NCBI GenBank assembly: GCA_044070495.1
Contig: JBIPSI010000017.1
Coordinates: 67,094 to 131,093 of the forward strand
DNA: 64,000 nt
Direction: 5' to 3'
Source of the DNA: Spirulina sp.
Lineage (GTDB): Bacteria; Cyanobacteriota; Cyanobacteriia; Phormidesmidales; Phormidesmidaceae
The position numbers were made by a program, and so were the translations under genes. Positions within the stretch are counted from its first letter, which is position 1. Every line of letters starts with the position of its first letter. Shown here in pieces: positions 1-10,292 of the stretch. The notes under the pieces were generated by a model. That model was not told the origin of the DNA and did not search any database. It saw only the letters and a program-made list of their open reading frames with translations.

Positions 1-905
1 AACTGTCGTTTTTGGCCACGGGGGGCATAGTGGCTCTGCTGCTGGCCGCCGCCACCGCCCTAGGGCTGGAGATGCAGGACAACCTGGTGAAGACAGCCCG
101 AGAGGCGCGGCAGTTGTTTGACCTCCCCCTGCTGGGGGTAATTCCGCTGCACCGAGTCGGGGGGCGCGGCTTTGGCGGCAGCCGCTCCCAGGCCAGTGTT
201 GAGCTAATCGTGCGGGATCTGCCCGGTTCCCCGATCTCGGAGTCCTATCGGATGCTCCAGGCCAACCTGGCCTTCCTCAACTCAGACCGGGCGGTGAAGA
301 CGGTGGTAGTCACCAGTTCCATGGTGGGGGAAGGCAAGTCGGTGGTGTCGGCCAATCTGGCCATGGCCAGGGCGCAGCAGGGACGGCGGGTGCTGTTGAT
401 TGATGCGGATATGCGCTGCCCACGCCAGCACCAACTCTGGGGCCTGGTCAACGACCGAGGTCTCAGCAACCTGCTGGCGGAACGCTGGGAGTTGTCAGCG
501 GTGGTCAAACCCCTGACCGACCATTTAGACCTGCTGACCGCTGGCGTCATTCCCCCCAACCCGACCGCTCTGCTCGATTCCCAGCGCATGGCCACGGTCT
601 TGGCCCAGGTGGCGGCGGACTACGATTTTGTGGTGTTGGATACTCCGGCCCTGAATGTGGCGGCGGATGTGCATATTTTGGGACGCCTCTCCCAGGGCAT
701 TGTGCTGGTGACCCGACCCGGCGTGCTGGATGTGGGTAGCGCCCAGGTGGCGAAGGAGCGCCTGGCCCAGTTTGGGGCGCTGGTGCTGGGGCAGGTGATT
801 AACGGCGTCGTGCCCGACCACGAACCCGACAGCTACTACTACTTTGCCGGGGCCTATACCGAACGGCAGGGGGCCGACCCAGCCCCAGCCCGCGTAACCG
901 CCTAG
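1..905 (+). CDS. Polysaccharide co-polymerase / BY-kinase (Wzc/CpsD-CapB family), 5'-truncated by window edge
   Basis: SPISESYRML, Walker A GEGKS, LLIDADMR, FVVLDTP and a C-terminal Tyr cluster (SYYYF). Confidence 0.92.
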   Translation, partial: LSFLATGGIVALLLAAATALGLEMQDNLVKTAREARQLFDLPLLGVIPLHRVGGRGFGGSRSQASVELIVRDLPGSPISESYRMLQANLAFLNSDRAVKTVVVTSSMVGEGKSVVSANLAMARAQQGRRVLLIDADMRCPRQHQLWGLVNDRGLSNLLAERWELSAVVKPLTDHLDLLTAGVIPPNPTALLDSQRMATVLAQVAADYDFVVLDTPALNVAADVHILGRLSQGIVLVTRPGVLDVGSAQVAKERLAQFGALVLGQVINGVVPDHEPDSYYYFAGAYTERQGADPAPARVTA

Positions 906-1025
906 GCCCTAGGGTTGTCTAGGCATTGGGGGACTAGGTATTGGGGGACTAGGACTTGGTGCGGGCAAGTTTAAGCCCGAGGAATGGGTCTGGTTTGTTG
1001 TTGGCGCTTCATCGGTATCCAGCCT

Positions 1026-2393
1026 ATGTTTGAGAAATGGCTCCGGTTTAATCCTCTGATTCATCGTCAGTTTCAGGGTCAGCCCGATCCAGAACTGACC
1101 CAGATTCTTCACAATACGGGCTGGCTGTTTTCGGGCAAGGTGTTGCGCCTGGGCATCAGCCTGCTGGTAAGCACCTGGATAGCCCGCTACCTGCGCCCGG
1201 AGGGGTTTGGCCAGTTGCAGTATGCCCTGGTGTTTGCCAGCTTTTTTGACCCCCTGTCTACGGTCAAAATGGGGCAGGTGGTCACCCGTGATCTGGTTCA
1301 GCGCCCGGAGGCCAGCGCCACCATTTTGGGTACCGCCTTTGTGCTTCAACTGGCTGGGGGCACCCTGGCGGCGGGGCTGTGTGTGCTGGGGGTACTGTGG
1401 CTGGCCCCCCAGGAACCGCTGATTCAACTGCTGGTGGCCATTACCGCCCTAAAGTTTATCTTTAACTCGCTCCAGCCCATCGAAAACTGGTTTGAAGCCA
1501 GGGTGGCCTCGAAGTATGTGGTGCTGGCCGAACACAGCGTGTTTTTTCTGATTGTGCTGCTGCGCTGTGGACTAGTGCTGTGGCAGGCCACGGTGGTGGC
1601 CTTTGCCATCGCCATCGTGCTGGAATCTAGCCTCTATGCCCTGGGGCTGGCCGTTTGCTACACCCGCCAGCGGCAGTCGATTTGGGCGTGGCGCACCAGT
1701 GGGCCACACCTCGCCTATCTGCTGCGGGAGGCTTGGCCCTTGGTGTTGTCCTCAACGGCGGTGGTGATCTATCTCAATGTCGATCAAATGATGCTAGGGC
1801 ACCTGATCGGCAAACAGGCGGTGGGCATCTACGCCAGTGCGGCCAACCTGTCGGAGGCAACGGCATTTTTGCCCGTCATTGTGGGGTCCTCTCTGTATCC
1901 TCGCATTATCCAATCTCGACAACTAGAGACCGCTACCTACCAACGACGACTCCAGCAATTTTATGACCTCAATACCCTGATGGCCTACGGGTTAATGGTG
2001 ATCCTGGTTCCCTTGGCAGGGCTTCTGATCAGGCAACTCTATGGGGTGGACTATGTCGCCGCGATTCCCATTCTAATGGTGCACCTTTTTAGCACGGTGT
2101 TCACCTTTCTGGGCATTGCCCAAAGCAAATGGATTGTTACGGAGGGGCTACAAAAATTCAATTTTTATGCCCGACTGGTGGGTCTGATTTCCAATATTGG
2201 CCTGAACTTCTTGCTTATTCCTTACTTTGGCGGCATGGGGGCGGCCCTGGCCACCCTGATCTCCTACGCCCTAGGGGGATATCTCTTCTTCTGGCTAACG
2301 CCCCCCACCCGAGGCAATGCCTGGCTGATGACCAAGGCCCTGGCCCTGCCCCTGCGATTGCCACGAGTGCTAAAAGCCCTCAACCAGCCGTGA
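1026..2393 (+). CDS. Wzx-type flippase
   Basis: Multi-TM protein with NTGWLF..K, ARYLRPEGFG, DQMMLG..VGIYA and FGGMGAALAT motifs; ATG at 1026 preferred over 984. Confidence 0.9.
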   Translation: MFEKWLRFNPLIHRQFQGQPDPELTQILHNTGWLFSGKVLRLGISLLVSTWIARYLRPEGFGQLQYALVFASFFDPLSTVKMGQVVTRDLVQRPEASATILGTAFVLQLAGGTLAAGLCVLGVLWLAPQEPLIQLLVAITALKFIFNSLQPIENWFEARVASKYVVLAEHSVFFLIVLLRCGLVLWQATVVAFAIAIVLESSLYALGLAVCYTRQRQSIWAWRTSGPHLAYLLREAWPLVLSSTAVVIYLNVDQMMLGHLIGKQAVGIYASAANLSEATAFLPVIVGSSLYPRIIQSRQLETATYQRRLQQFYDLNTLMAYGLMVILVPLAGLLIRQLYGVDYVAAIPILMVHLFSTVFTFLGIAQSKWIVTEGLQKFNFYARLVGLISNIGLNFLLIPYFGGMGAALATLISYALGGYLFFWLTPPTRGNAWLMTKALALPLRLPRVLKALNQP

Positions 2394-2458
2394 AAGGCAG
2401 AAAGGGCGAGGACTCCTAGGGCCTTGGGTTAGCCCATGTATCCACTGGCCTATGGACT

Positions 2459-2499
2459 AATTCCAGTCAATTCCAGTCAATTCCAGTCAATGTTAGTCA
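2459..2499. repeat. 10-bp tandem repeat (AATTCCAGTC)x3 plus a degenerate copy
   Basis: Seen directly in the intergenic sequence. Confidence 0.85.
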
Positions 2500-2525
2500 A
2501 TTTCGATGGAACTTAAGCGGCAACC

Positions 2526-3791
2526 ATGGATGTGATCTTCGTTATTTTTCAAACGGGTAGCCAAGCCAATGGCGGGGTGGAAAGTATCACCCAGGTGATT
2601 GAGCACTGCCGTTCCCTGCGGCCCCAGATCGTTACCCAGATGGAAACCGTCGTAAACCAGCGTTGGCGGCAGGCGGGGGCTGAGGTCGCCCTGTGGCCAC
2701 TGCCCTACCGATTGGGCGCGAGCCTCTGGCAAGGGCAATTCTGGGCCTGGGGGCAACGGCTTTGGTCTTTGGCCCAGACCAACGGACGCATGTTTCGACG
2801 GGTGAGGCAATCCGCCGTTCGCGTTGTCCATTGCAATGATCCCGCCGCCTTCTGGCACACGGCCCTAGGGGCCAAACTGGCCGGGGCCGCTGTCCTGTTC
2901 AACATTCGAGACACCAAGGCCCGCGATGAAACCTACGGATGGAAATGGACTATCGCCTGCTGGCTAAGCGATGCCCTGCTGGTGCTCTCCCAGGAGATGC
3001 GCCAATCCCTCATGAACGCCCTACCGGCGGCCCGTCGCCAGGAGGCCAAGCTCCACGCCATCTACAGCATTGTGGATACGACCGCCCTGGCACCGCCAAC
3101 AGCCGTTACCCGACAACAACTGCGAGGGCAACTGGGCATTCCTGCCGACGCCTTTGCGGTGGGCTATGTCGCCACCCTCAACCCCAAAAAGGCACAGTTG
3201 GCCCTGATCGAGCAGGCCATTCCCGCCCTGCATCGAGCGATTCCCAATCTGCACCTTTATCTGGTGGGCGACTGCGCCCCCGACAACCCCTACGCCCAGG
3301 CCTGTGTCACCGCCGTTCAGACCTTAGGCCTGGAATCGGTGGTGACGCTGACGGGCTATACCCCGGCGGTGGCCGACTGGTACCCAGCGCTGGATTTGGT
3401 GATTGTGGCTTCCCGCCAGGAGGGCTTAGCCCGCTGCATGATCGAAAGCCTGGCCTGCGGCACCCCCGTCGTCTCCTTTGCGGTGTGCTCGGCGGGGGAA
3501 ATTTTGCTGGGCCACCACTGTGGGCGGGTGGTGCCAGAGGGCGACTATGAAGCGCTCAATCGGGCCATCATCGACCTCTCTAGCCAGCCAAGCCTACGCG
3601 AAGACCTGGGAAAGAATGGCGTTGATGCCGTGCAACACCTGTTTCGGGCCGAGACCATTGCGCTCCAGTACGAAGCGCTTTACGCCGCCCTCGCGACCCG
3701 TTCGCCTATCCATCTGCCCTCCGCCCAGGCCCCGGACACCGAGCCCCTGGCCCCAGCCATCGTGTCCGGCATGTCTACCCCCAACCCCTAG
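2526..3791 (+). CDS. Glycosyltransferase family 4
   Basis: GT-B motif SRQEGLARCMIESLACGTPVV (EX7E). Confidence 0.9.
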   Translation: MDVIFVIFQTGSQANGGVESITQVIEHCRSLRPQIVTQMETVVNQRWRQAGAEVALWPLPYRLGASLWQGQFWAWGQRLWSLAQTNGRMFRRVRQSAVRVVHCNDPAAFWHTALGAKLAGAAVLFNIRDTKARDETYGWKWTIACWLSDALLVLSQEMRQSLMNALPAARRQEAKLHAIYSIVDTTALAPPTAVTRQQLRGQLGIPADAFAVGYVATLNPKKAQLALIEQAIPALHRAIPNLHLYLVGDCAPDNPYAQACVTAVQTLGLESVVTLTGYTPAVADWYPALDLVIVASRQEGLARCMIESLACGTPVVSFAVCSAGEILLGHHCGRVVPEGDYEALNRAIIDLSSQPSLREDLGKNGVDAVQHLFRAETIALQYEALYAALATRSPIHLPSAQAPDTEPLAPAIVSGMSTPNP

Positions 3792-3876
3792 CCCATCTTT
3801 TGCTGTGAGTACTTTTTCTTCCCCCGTTTCCCCTCGATCTAGGGTCGCTACGCTGGCTCTCTCCCCCTTTGTGGCC

Positions 3877-5277
3877 ATGGCCCCTTGGCATCGGGCTGTT
3901 TTGGTGGCCCTGGTCACCCTGGCCCTGGCAGCGGTAGGGTGGCAGCAGCAGATCGCCCCCGTCCCTATCCAGGGAATGGCCTGGGTGTTTTTGGCCCTGG
4001 TCTTAAATGGGGTGCTGCTGCTGCTGCCGATCCTGTTCTATCGGCCCACCTTTGGCTGGTTTCATCCCCTGGTGTTTGCCCTGTTCTTTGCCCTGCTGGG
4101 TCACCTCCGCCGATGGGATGTCTACGTGGGCGGGCTTCAGTGGCACGCCGCCCTACCCGGCTGGAGTGCCGATCACCTGACGGCCCTCGTGCTGAAGGAT
4201 CTGCTGTTGCAGGCGGCGGGAACGGCGGCGCTGTACGCGGGCTATCTCCTGGGGCCAACCCTGGGGTCGCTGCCCATCACCTTTCGGATGCCCGCCCACC
4301 TCGCCCGTAAAACCGTTGTCACCGTGGCCGCCGCCGCTGGCATTTTCGCCGTCTATGTGCAGGGTCGTGGCGGGTTGATTAGCCACATGCTTTCCTGGGG
4401 GCAGGGCCGCAATGAGGCCCTGGCGGGGGCCTTTTACTGGCAGTTTTTGATTCAGTTGGGCCTGCTGGCCTGCCTTTGCTGGCTCACCCTAGATCGCCGA
4501 TCCACGGCCAACCCGGTGTTTTGGAGCTGCACCCTGGCCTCGCTGACGATGATCTTTTTAACGGGGGGATCGCGATCCGCCGTCATCTATGTCATGGTGA
4601 TGGGCCTACTGGCCTGGCTGCTGCGGGAGCAAAAGATCGATGGGGTCAAAATTGTGGCCATTGCCCTGATTGGCCTCTTCGTCCTGGGTACCCTGGGCAC
4701 CCTGCGCAACAGCACCTTCAACGGCACCATCGACTGGGCCAGCCTGTGGGGTCGTTCCACCGCCAGCACCACCGCAGAAACCTCAACCCTCAACACCAGC
4801 CTGACCGAAATTTCCCAGCGCAGCAGCGTCTATGCCGGGGTATTTCCCATCCTGGGCCTAGTGCCCACCCAGGTCGATTACCTACAAGGCAGTTCCTACC
4901 TTGCGGCCCTCACCCTGCCCGTGCCCCGCGCCCTGTGGCCCAACAAACCCGGCCTGATCGCTGGGATGGTGGGCCAAACCTTCTTCAACAGTGCCGTGGG
5001 GATGCCCCCTGGGCCCGTTGGCGAGGCCTACTGGAATTTGGGCCTGCCTGGGGTGCTGCTGGTGTTTACGCTGTTTGGGGCGTTTCAAAAGCTGCTGGCG
5101 GAAACCTATCGCCGCTGTCAGCCTCAGACCGGGGCCATTGTGCCCTACGTCATCACCCTGTTTTTGTTTTCGGAACCCACCGGGCTAGCCTTCATTGCCT
5201 GGCTAATGATGCTGGTGCCCACCCTGGGATGGCTCGTCGCCACGGGGGCGGTGGAATGGCGATCCGCGCCAGGCTAA
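3877..5277 (+). CDS. Wzy-like polysaccharide polymerase
   Basis: About 10 TM segments, GGSRS motif, PVPRALWPNKP and GEAYWNLGLPGV periplasmic-loop motifs; ATG at 3877 within the 3478 ORF. Confidence 0.8.
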   Translation: MAPWHRAVLVALVTLALAAVGWQQQIAPVPIQGMAWVFLALVLNGVLLLLPILFYRPTFGWFHPLVFALFFALLGHLRRWDVYVGGLQWHAALPGWSADHLTALVLKDLLLQAAGTAALYAGYLLGPTLGSLPITFRMPAHLARKTVVTVAAAAGIFAVYVQGRGGLISHMLSWGQGRNEALAGAFYWQFLIQLGLLACLCWLTLDRRSTANPVFWSCTLASLTMIFLTGGSRSAVIYVMVMGLLAWLLREQKIDGVKIVAIALIGLFVLGTLGTLRNSTFNGTIDWASLWGRSTASTTAETSTLNTSLTEISQRSSVYAGVFPILGLVPTQVDYLQGSSYLAALTLPVPRALWPNKPGLIAGMVGQTFFNSAVGMPPGPVGEAYWNLGLPGVLLVFTLFGAFQKLLAETYRRCQPQTGAIVPYVITLFLFSEPTGLAFIAWLMMLVPTLGWLVATGAVEWRSAPG

Positions 5278-5321
5278 TCCCCCTAGAACCGTTCCATGAC
5301 CAGACTTTCATCGTCGAACGT

Positions 5322-5362
5322 CCATGGCCAAACGGCCATAGCCAAACGTCTATGGCCAAACG
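5322..5362. repeat. 14-bp tandem repeat (CCATGGCCAAACGG-like)x3
   Basis: ccatggccaaacgg ccatagccaaacgt ctatggccaaacg. Confidence 0.7.
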
Positions 5363-5436
5363 ATTAACGGTACAACCACTCCGTCAGTTTGGGCCTGTCC
5401 TATCCCCCTCTTAAATACCTCTAGAAACACCATCCT

Positions 5437-6516
5437 ATGAAACACATTCTTGTTACCGGAGTTGCCGGATTTATTGGCTTTTTCGTCGCCCAGCGTCTGC
5501 TGCGAGACGGCCATCGCGTCTATGGCATCGACAACCTCAACGGCTACTACGATGTTCGCCTAAAACGAGACCGGTTAGCTCGCCTGTGCAGTCACACCAA
5601 CCTTCACTTTGAAAAGCTTGATTTAGCCGATAGACAGGCAGTTTTAGATCGGTTTGAGCACCAGCACTTTGATGCCGTTATTCACCTGGCGGCCCAGGCG
5701 GGGGTACGATTTTCCCTGGAGGAACCCTTCACCTACTGCGACAGCAACCTAACCGGATTTTTGAGTATTTTAGAAGGCTGTCGTCACTACCCGGTCGAAC
5801 ACCTAATTTTTGCTTCCTCTAGCTCCGTCTATGGAGCCAACCAAAAGGTACCCTTCTCGGTAGCGGATCGGGTAGACTGCCCCATTTCCCTCTATGCCGC
5901 GACTAAAAAGGCCAATGAATTAATGGCCCATGCCTATAGCCATCTGTACCAAATCCCCGCCACCGGACTGCGATTTTTTACGGTGTATGGCCCCTGGGGT
6001 AGGCCGGATATGGCTTACTTCAAATTCGCTGATGCCATTGCCCAAGGACGACCCATCCAGGTGTTTAACCATGGCCACATGCGTCGAGATTTTACCTACG
6101 TTGACGATGTTGTTGAGGCCATCCTTCGACTTCTAGATCGCCCTCCGCTGGCCTCCCCCTTAGCAACCTCCCCATCCCCAGGGATGCCCTTAGCCACCGC
6201 CTCATTTTCAACAGAGCCATTACCAGAGGCTTCCACGCTTCCCAGGGTTCCCTACAAGATCTACAACATCGGCAATCACAGACCCGTTGAGCTGCTGTAT
6301 TTGATTGAATTAATTGAGGCAGCCATGGGACAATCCGCCGTCAAAGTTATGCTGCCCATGCAGCCCGGCGATGTACCGATTACCTATGCCGATGTCGAGG
6401 ATTTGATGGTGGATACTGGGTTCCAGCCCCAGACTACTATTGAAGACGGCATTGCTCAGTTTATGGCCTGGTACAAAGATCGCTACTGCAACTATTCCCT
6501 GGAGCAGGTAGCGTAA
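5437..6516 (+). CDS. NAD-dependent epimerase (UDP-glucuronate 4-epimerase type)
   Basis: GVAGFIG, HLAAQAGVR, YAATK, RFFTVYGPWGRPDMA, MQPGDV. Confidence 0.93.
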   Translation: MKHILVTGVAGFIGFFVAQRLLRDGHRVYGIDNLNGYYDVRLKRDRLARLCSHTNLHFEKLDLADRQAVLDRFEHQHFDAVIHLAAQAGVRFSLEEPFTYCDSNLTGFLSILEGCRHYPVEHLIFASSSSVYGANQKVPFSVADRVDCPISLYAATKKANELMAHAYSHLYQIPATGLRFFTVYGPWGRPDMAYFKFADAIAQGRPIQVFNHGHMRRDFTYVDDVVEAILRLLDRPPLASPLATSPSPGMPLATASFSTEPLPEASTLPRVPYKIYNIGNHRPVELLYLIELIEAAMGQSAVKVMLPMQPGDVPITYADVEDLMVDTGFQPQTTIEDGIAQFMAWYKDRYCNYSLEQVA

Positions 6517-6696
6517 CAAAAAACAGGTGAAATCGATTTTAATCCTCTTTAATCCTCTGTCTAATGCTGGCAGAGTGGCAATACGCAATCCCTAATTTGG
6601 CCGCACAATAAACACAGCTTTTGGCTAAGGGAGAGGCTTTAATCCTAACGTCGCTCCGGCCTCTCCCGTTTTTTTGATAATATTCTCCTTTGAGCT

Positions 6697-7953
6697 ATGG
6701 GTATGCTGCCGTCCTTGCAGAGTGGTTCCGTTGATCACCGTTTTCCTCATCCCCAAATCGAAGATTACCAGGTAAAATCTGCCCAGAAATCTACTCGCAT
6801 TAAAGTGCTTTTTTTCACCGCCTCCTTAGGGAATGGGGGAGCTGAAATGCATCTTTTGCGAGTGGTGAATGCCCTGGATCGGGTTGGGTTTTCGCCCTTG
6901 GTGGCGGTGGCCCAACCGGGGGGCACCTACGAGGCCGCTCTAGCAGAGGATGTCCCCGTTTACAGCCTTAATCCGGCGGGGATTGGCTCTAGCACCATGC
7001 GCATGGTGCGGGCGGTGCGGCCCCTGCGTCAGCTCATTCAGGCCCATCGGCCCGACCTCGTCTGCTCGGTGATGGACCACGCCAACCTGGCGGCAATTCT
7101 CGCCTGTCGCGGCCTGCCCCAGCGGCCCCGGTTGGTGGTCTGCACCCAAAATTCGCCCCTGGCCCAGTATGGTCGCCCCTGGCATCCCCTGGATCGGCTG
7201 GTACTGGCGGGGATGGCGCGGTTGTACCCCCAGGCGGATCGCATTGTAGCCCTGTCTGAGGGGGTGGCCGCCGAAGTGCAAAGCCTAGTGAATCGGCCCC
7301 GGACATCGCCTGCGCCCCCCATTGAGGTAATCTACAACGCCGGAGTGGATGCCGCCGTGAAGCGGGGGGGGCGGGAGGGCCTGATGCTGCGCCAGGGGCA
7401 GACACCCCGGTTGCCGCTGTTGGTCGCCTGTGGGCGGCTACATCCCCAAAAGGGCTACCCCTACCTGCTGGAGGCCCTGGCCCGGGTGCGCCAAACCCTG
7501 CCGGTGCAGCTGTGGATTGTGGGGGAGGGGCCGCTGCGTCCTGTCCTGGAGCGCCAAATTCAGCGCCTAGGGTTGACCAACGCCGTGCAACTGCTGGGAT
7601 TTCGGGCCAACCCTTATCAATACATGGCGGCGGCGGATCTGTTTGTGCTGCCTTCCCTGTACGAAGGGTTTGGCAATGTGATTGTGGAGGCCATGGCCTG
7701 CGGTACGCCAGTGCTGGCCACCGATTGCCCCCACGGCCCCGCCGAAATTTTGGAACAGGGTAAACACGGTCTGCTGGTGCCCCCGGCCAATGCCGAGGCC
7801 CTGGCCCAGGGGATTCTCTCGCTGCTGCAAAATCCGGCCCTGCGAGAGCAGTATGGGCGGTGTGGACTGACGCGATCCCTAGATTTCCAGGCCGATGCCA
7901 TTGCCGGGCACTACGCCACGATGTTTAACGCTGTGCTGGCGGCACCCCACTAG
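6697..7953 (+). CDS. Glycosyltransferase family 4
   Basis: GGAE, GRLHPQKG, SLYEGFGNVIVEAMACGTPV, DCPHGPAEIL. Confidence 0.92.
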   Translation: MGMLPSLQSGSVDHRFPHPQIEDYQVKSAQKSTRIKVLFFTASLGNGGAEMHLLRVVNALDRVGFSPLVAVAQPGGTYEAALAEDVPVYSLNPAGIGSSTMRMVRAVRPLRQLIQAHRPDLVCSVMDHANLAAILACRGLPQRPRLVVCTQNSPLAQYGRPWHPLDRLVLAGMARLYPQADRIVALSEGVAAEVQSLVNRPRTSPAPPIEVIYNAGVDAAVKRGGREGLMLRQGQTPRLPLLVACGRLHPQKGYPYLLEALARVRQTLPVQLWIVGEGPLRPVLERQIQRLGLTNAVQLLGFRANPYQYMAAADLFVLPSLYEGFGNVIVEAMACGTPVLATDCPHGPAEILEQGKHGLLVPPANAEALAQGILSLLQNPALREQYGRCGLTRSLDFQADAIAGHYATMFNAVLAAPH

Positions 7954-8004
7954 TGGGTACAGACAGCACAGCAGGATCTAATCCAATACGACGGGATCTG
8001 ATTT

Positions 8005-9945
8005 ATGTGCGGAATTTGCGGCAGTATCGGCCATCCCCCCGACCGAGATCGGTTAGCCAGGGCAATGGATCGCCTAGCCCATCGAGGGCCGGATCAAGCG
8101 GGCAGCGTTCTGAATCGTCAGTTGATTTTGGGGCATCGACGGCTGGCCATTCTGGACTTGTCTGACCAGGGGCGACAACCGATGACCAACGAAGATCAAA
8201 CCCTGTGGCTGGTATTCAACGGAGAAATCTACAACTTTGAGGAACTGCGCGCCCTCCTTGCCCCCCATCACCACTTTCAATCCACTACCGATTCGGAGGT
8301 GCTGGTTCACGGCTACGAACAGTGGGGCATCGATGGTCTGCTGCAACGGCTGCGCGGCATGTACGCCTTTGCCCTGTGGGATGACACTACCGCGACGCTG
8401 CACCTCGTCCGCGACCCCCTGGGCAAAAAGCCGCTCTACTATACCACCCTAGGCGGGGGGCTAACCTTTGCCTCCACTCTGCCCGCCCTTTTGGAACTAT
8501 TGGGCCAAACCCCGGCGATCTCGTCTACGGCGATTCTCAACTACCTCACCTACCTCTGTGTTCCGGCTCCCCAGAGCCTATTTGAGGGCATCTATAAACT
8601 TCCCCCGGCCCATCGGCTGGAGTTTTCTTCCCAGCGGGCTCCCCGTCTGGTGCGCTACTGGCAGCCCGATTTTACCCGCCCAGAACAGCGCTCCCCAGAG
8701 GAGTGGATCGAGCGCATCGACGCCACTCTCACCGCCGCCGTTCAAGATCGTCTGGTGGCCGATGTGCCCGTGGGGGCTTTCCTCAGCGGCGGTGTCGATT
8801 CTAGCCTAGTGGTCGCCTGCATGGCCCATCTGAGCCCTCGTCCAGTGCAGACTATCTCCGTGGGCTTTGCGGAACAGGCCTTTAACGAACTGCCCCATGC
8901 CCGACGGGTAGCCCAGGTCTGTGGCACCCAGCATCAGGAGTACATTCTGCATCCCGATGCCGCCGCCGTCTTGCCGGATCTGGTTTTTCAGTATGGTGAA
9001 CCCTTCGCCGATCACTCCGCCTTGCCCACCTACTACGCCGCCAAAGCCGCTGGCCAGCAGGTCAAGGTGGTGCTGACGGGAGACGGCGGCGACGAACTCT
9101 TTGCGGGCTATCGCCATCTGCCTGCCCTGCGGATGGCCCACCTGTTGCACCACCTGCCCCAGGGCTTAAAATCCACCGCTGCCGCCGGACTGGCCCATCT
9201 GGAACGGCGGGGGCACCGAAGGGCACGATCCTGGCGCTGGCTGGCGGCCTTTGCCCAGGGGCCACAGGGCACCTACAGCTTCGACCCCGTAGGCAGCCGC
9301 ACCTGGCGACCCTACCGCCAGGCTCTCCTCGGCCCAGCCCTGCGGTCGGTGCCCGATCCGGGCGATCAGCTCTACCAAACCCTGTGGGAGGAATCGCCCC
9401 TGAAGGACTGGGTGAGTCGGGCGATGGCCATTGATCTCGTCACCCTGCTCCCCGATGGGATGCTGACCAAGGTGGATGTGGCCACCATGGCCCACGGATT
9501 AGAGGCCAGATCGCCCCTGCTCGATCTGCGGCTGGTGGAACTGGCCAGCAAAATTCCCGCTGGTCAACAGCGCCAAGGTTGGCAAAGCAAATTTTTGCTG
9601 AAACAGTTGGCGAGAAAATATTTTCCGGAGGGCTTGCTGAATCGCCCCAAACAGGGCTTTTCCCTGCCCACTTCGGACTGGTTGCGGGGAGACATGGGGC
9701 CACTTCTAGAGTCGGTTTTGCTATCTCCCCAGGCCCAGGCCCGCCAGTATTTTTGCCCGGAGGTTGTGGCCCACTGCATTGCCGCCCATCGCCAAGGAAA
9801 AGCCGATCATGGCCAGCGGTTGTGGTCGTTATTGCTGCTAGAACTCTGGTTCCAAATGTTTATCGATAAAACCCTAGCTCCCGGAGATCGATTAGTCAAT
9901 TTCAACCAAGACTTTGCCGTTGCAGATCTAATGACCAGTCCCTAG
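8005..9945 (+). CDS. asnB: Asparagine synthase-like glutamine amidotransferase (polysaccharide-cluster type)
   Basis: N-terminal MCGICG, HRGPD, HRRLAILD, FLSGGVDSS, GDGGDELFAGY, RPKQGF. Confidence 0.93.
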   Translation: MCGICGSIGHPPDRDRLARAMDRLAHRGPDQAGSVLNRQLILGHRRLAILDLSDQGRQPMTNEDQTLWLVFNGEIYNFEELRALLAPHHHFQSTTDSEVLVHGYEQWGIDGLLQRLRGMYAFALWDDTTATLHLVRDPLGKKPLYYTTLGGGLTFASTLPALLELLGQTPAISSTAILNYLTYLCVPAPQSLFEGIYKLPPAHRLEFSSQRAPRLVRYWQPDFTRPEQRSPEEWIERIDATLTAAVQDRLVADVPVGAFLSGGVDSSLVVACMAHLSPRPVQTISVGFAEQAFNELPHARRVAQVCGTQHQEYILHPDAAAVLPDLVFQYGEPFADHSALPTYYAAKAAGQQVKVVLTGDGGDELFAGYRHLPALRMAHLLHHLPQGLKSTAAAGLAHLERRGHRRARSWRWLAAFAQGPQGTYSFDPVGSRTWRPYRQALLGPALRSVPDPGDQLYQTLWEESPLKDWVSRAMAIDLVTLLPDGMLTKVDVATMAHGLEARSPLLDLRLVELASKIPAGQQRQGWQSKFLLKQLARKYFPEGLLNRPKQGFSLPTSDWLRGDMGPLLESVLLSPQAQARQYFCPEVVAHCIAAHRQGKADHGQRLWSLLLLELWFQMFIDKTLAPGDRLVNFNQDFAVADLMTSP

Positions 9946-9947
9946 CA

Positions 9948-10004
9948 TCCTGAACTTCTGACTTCCTGAACTTCTAGTGTCCTGAACTTCTGATTTCCTG
10001 ATTC
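9948..10004. repeat. 16-bp tandem repeat (TCCTGAACTTCTGAYT)x3-4
   Basis: Seen directly after the asnB stop. Confidence 0.8.
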
Positions 10005-10149
10005 TTTGATAGCGAATTTAACTTGAATGAGGTACACCGTGAAGATCCCCCCATCCCCCCTTAGTAAGGGGGGTACAAGATGACTCTACTACAGATAGGA
10101 ACTGGGGAATCTGAACCCCCAAGATCTGGTTGTTTGCCCCATCTCCAAA

Positions 10150-10181
10150 GTAGGTTGGGTGCAGCAAAGCGGAACCCAACC
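10150..10181 (+). repeat. GTAG-type REP palindrome
   Basis: GTAG GTTGGGT GCAGCAAAGCGGA ACCCAAC. Confidence 0.65.
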
Positions 10182-10292
10182 CACGGGAGATCAATGCTTT
10201 TCTTTGAGTGATGTTCTTAATGGCTGATGTTCTGAATTGCCAATTTTCCGTCAAGCTTTTCATCCAATTTCCCATTCACTAATTTATGTCCT

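Noticed and set aside
3478..3876. N-terminal extension of the Wzy ORF
   Set aside because: Overlaps the upstream GT by more than 300 bp and is low-complexity; ATG 3877 preferred.
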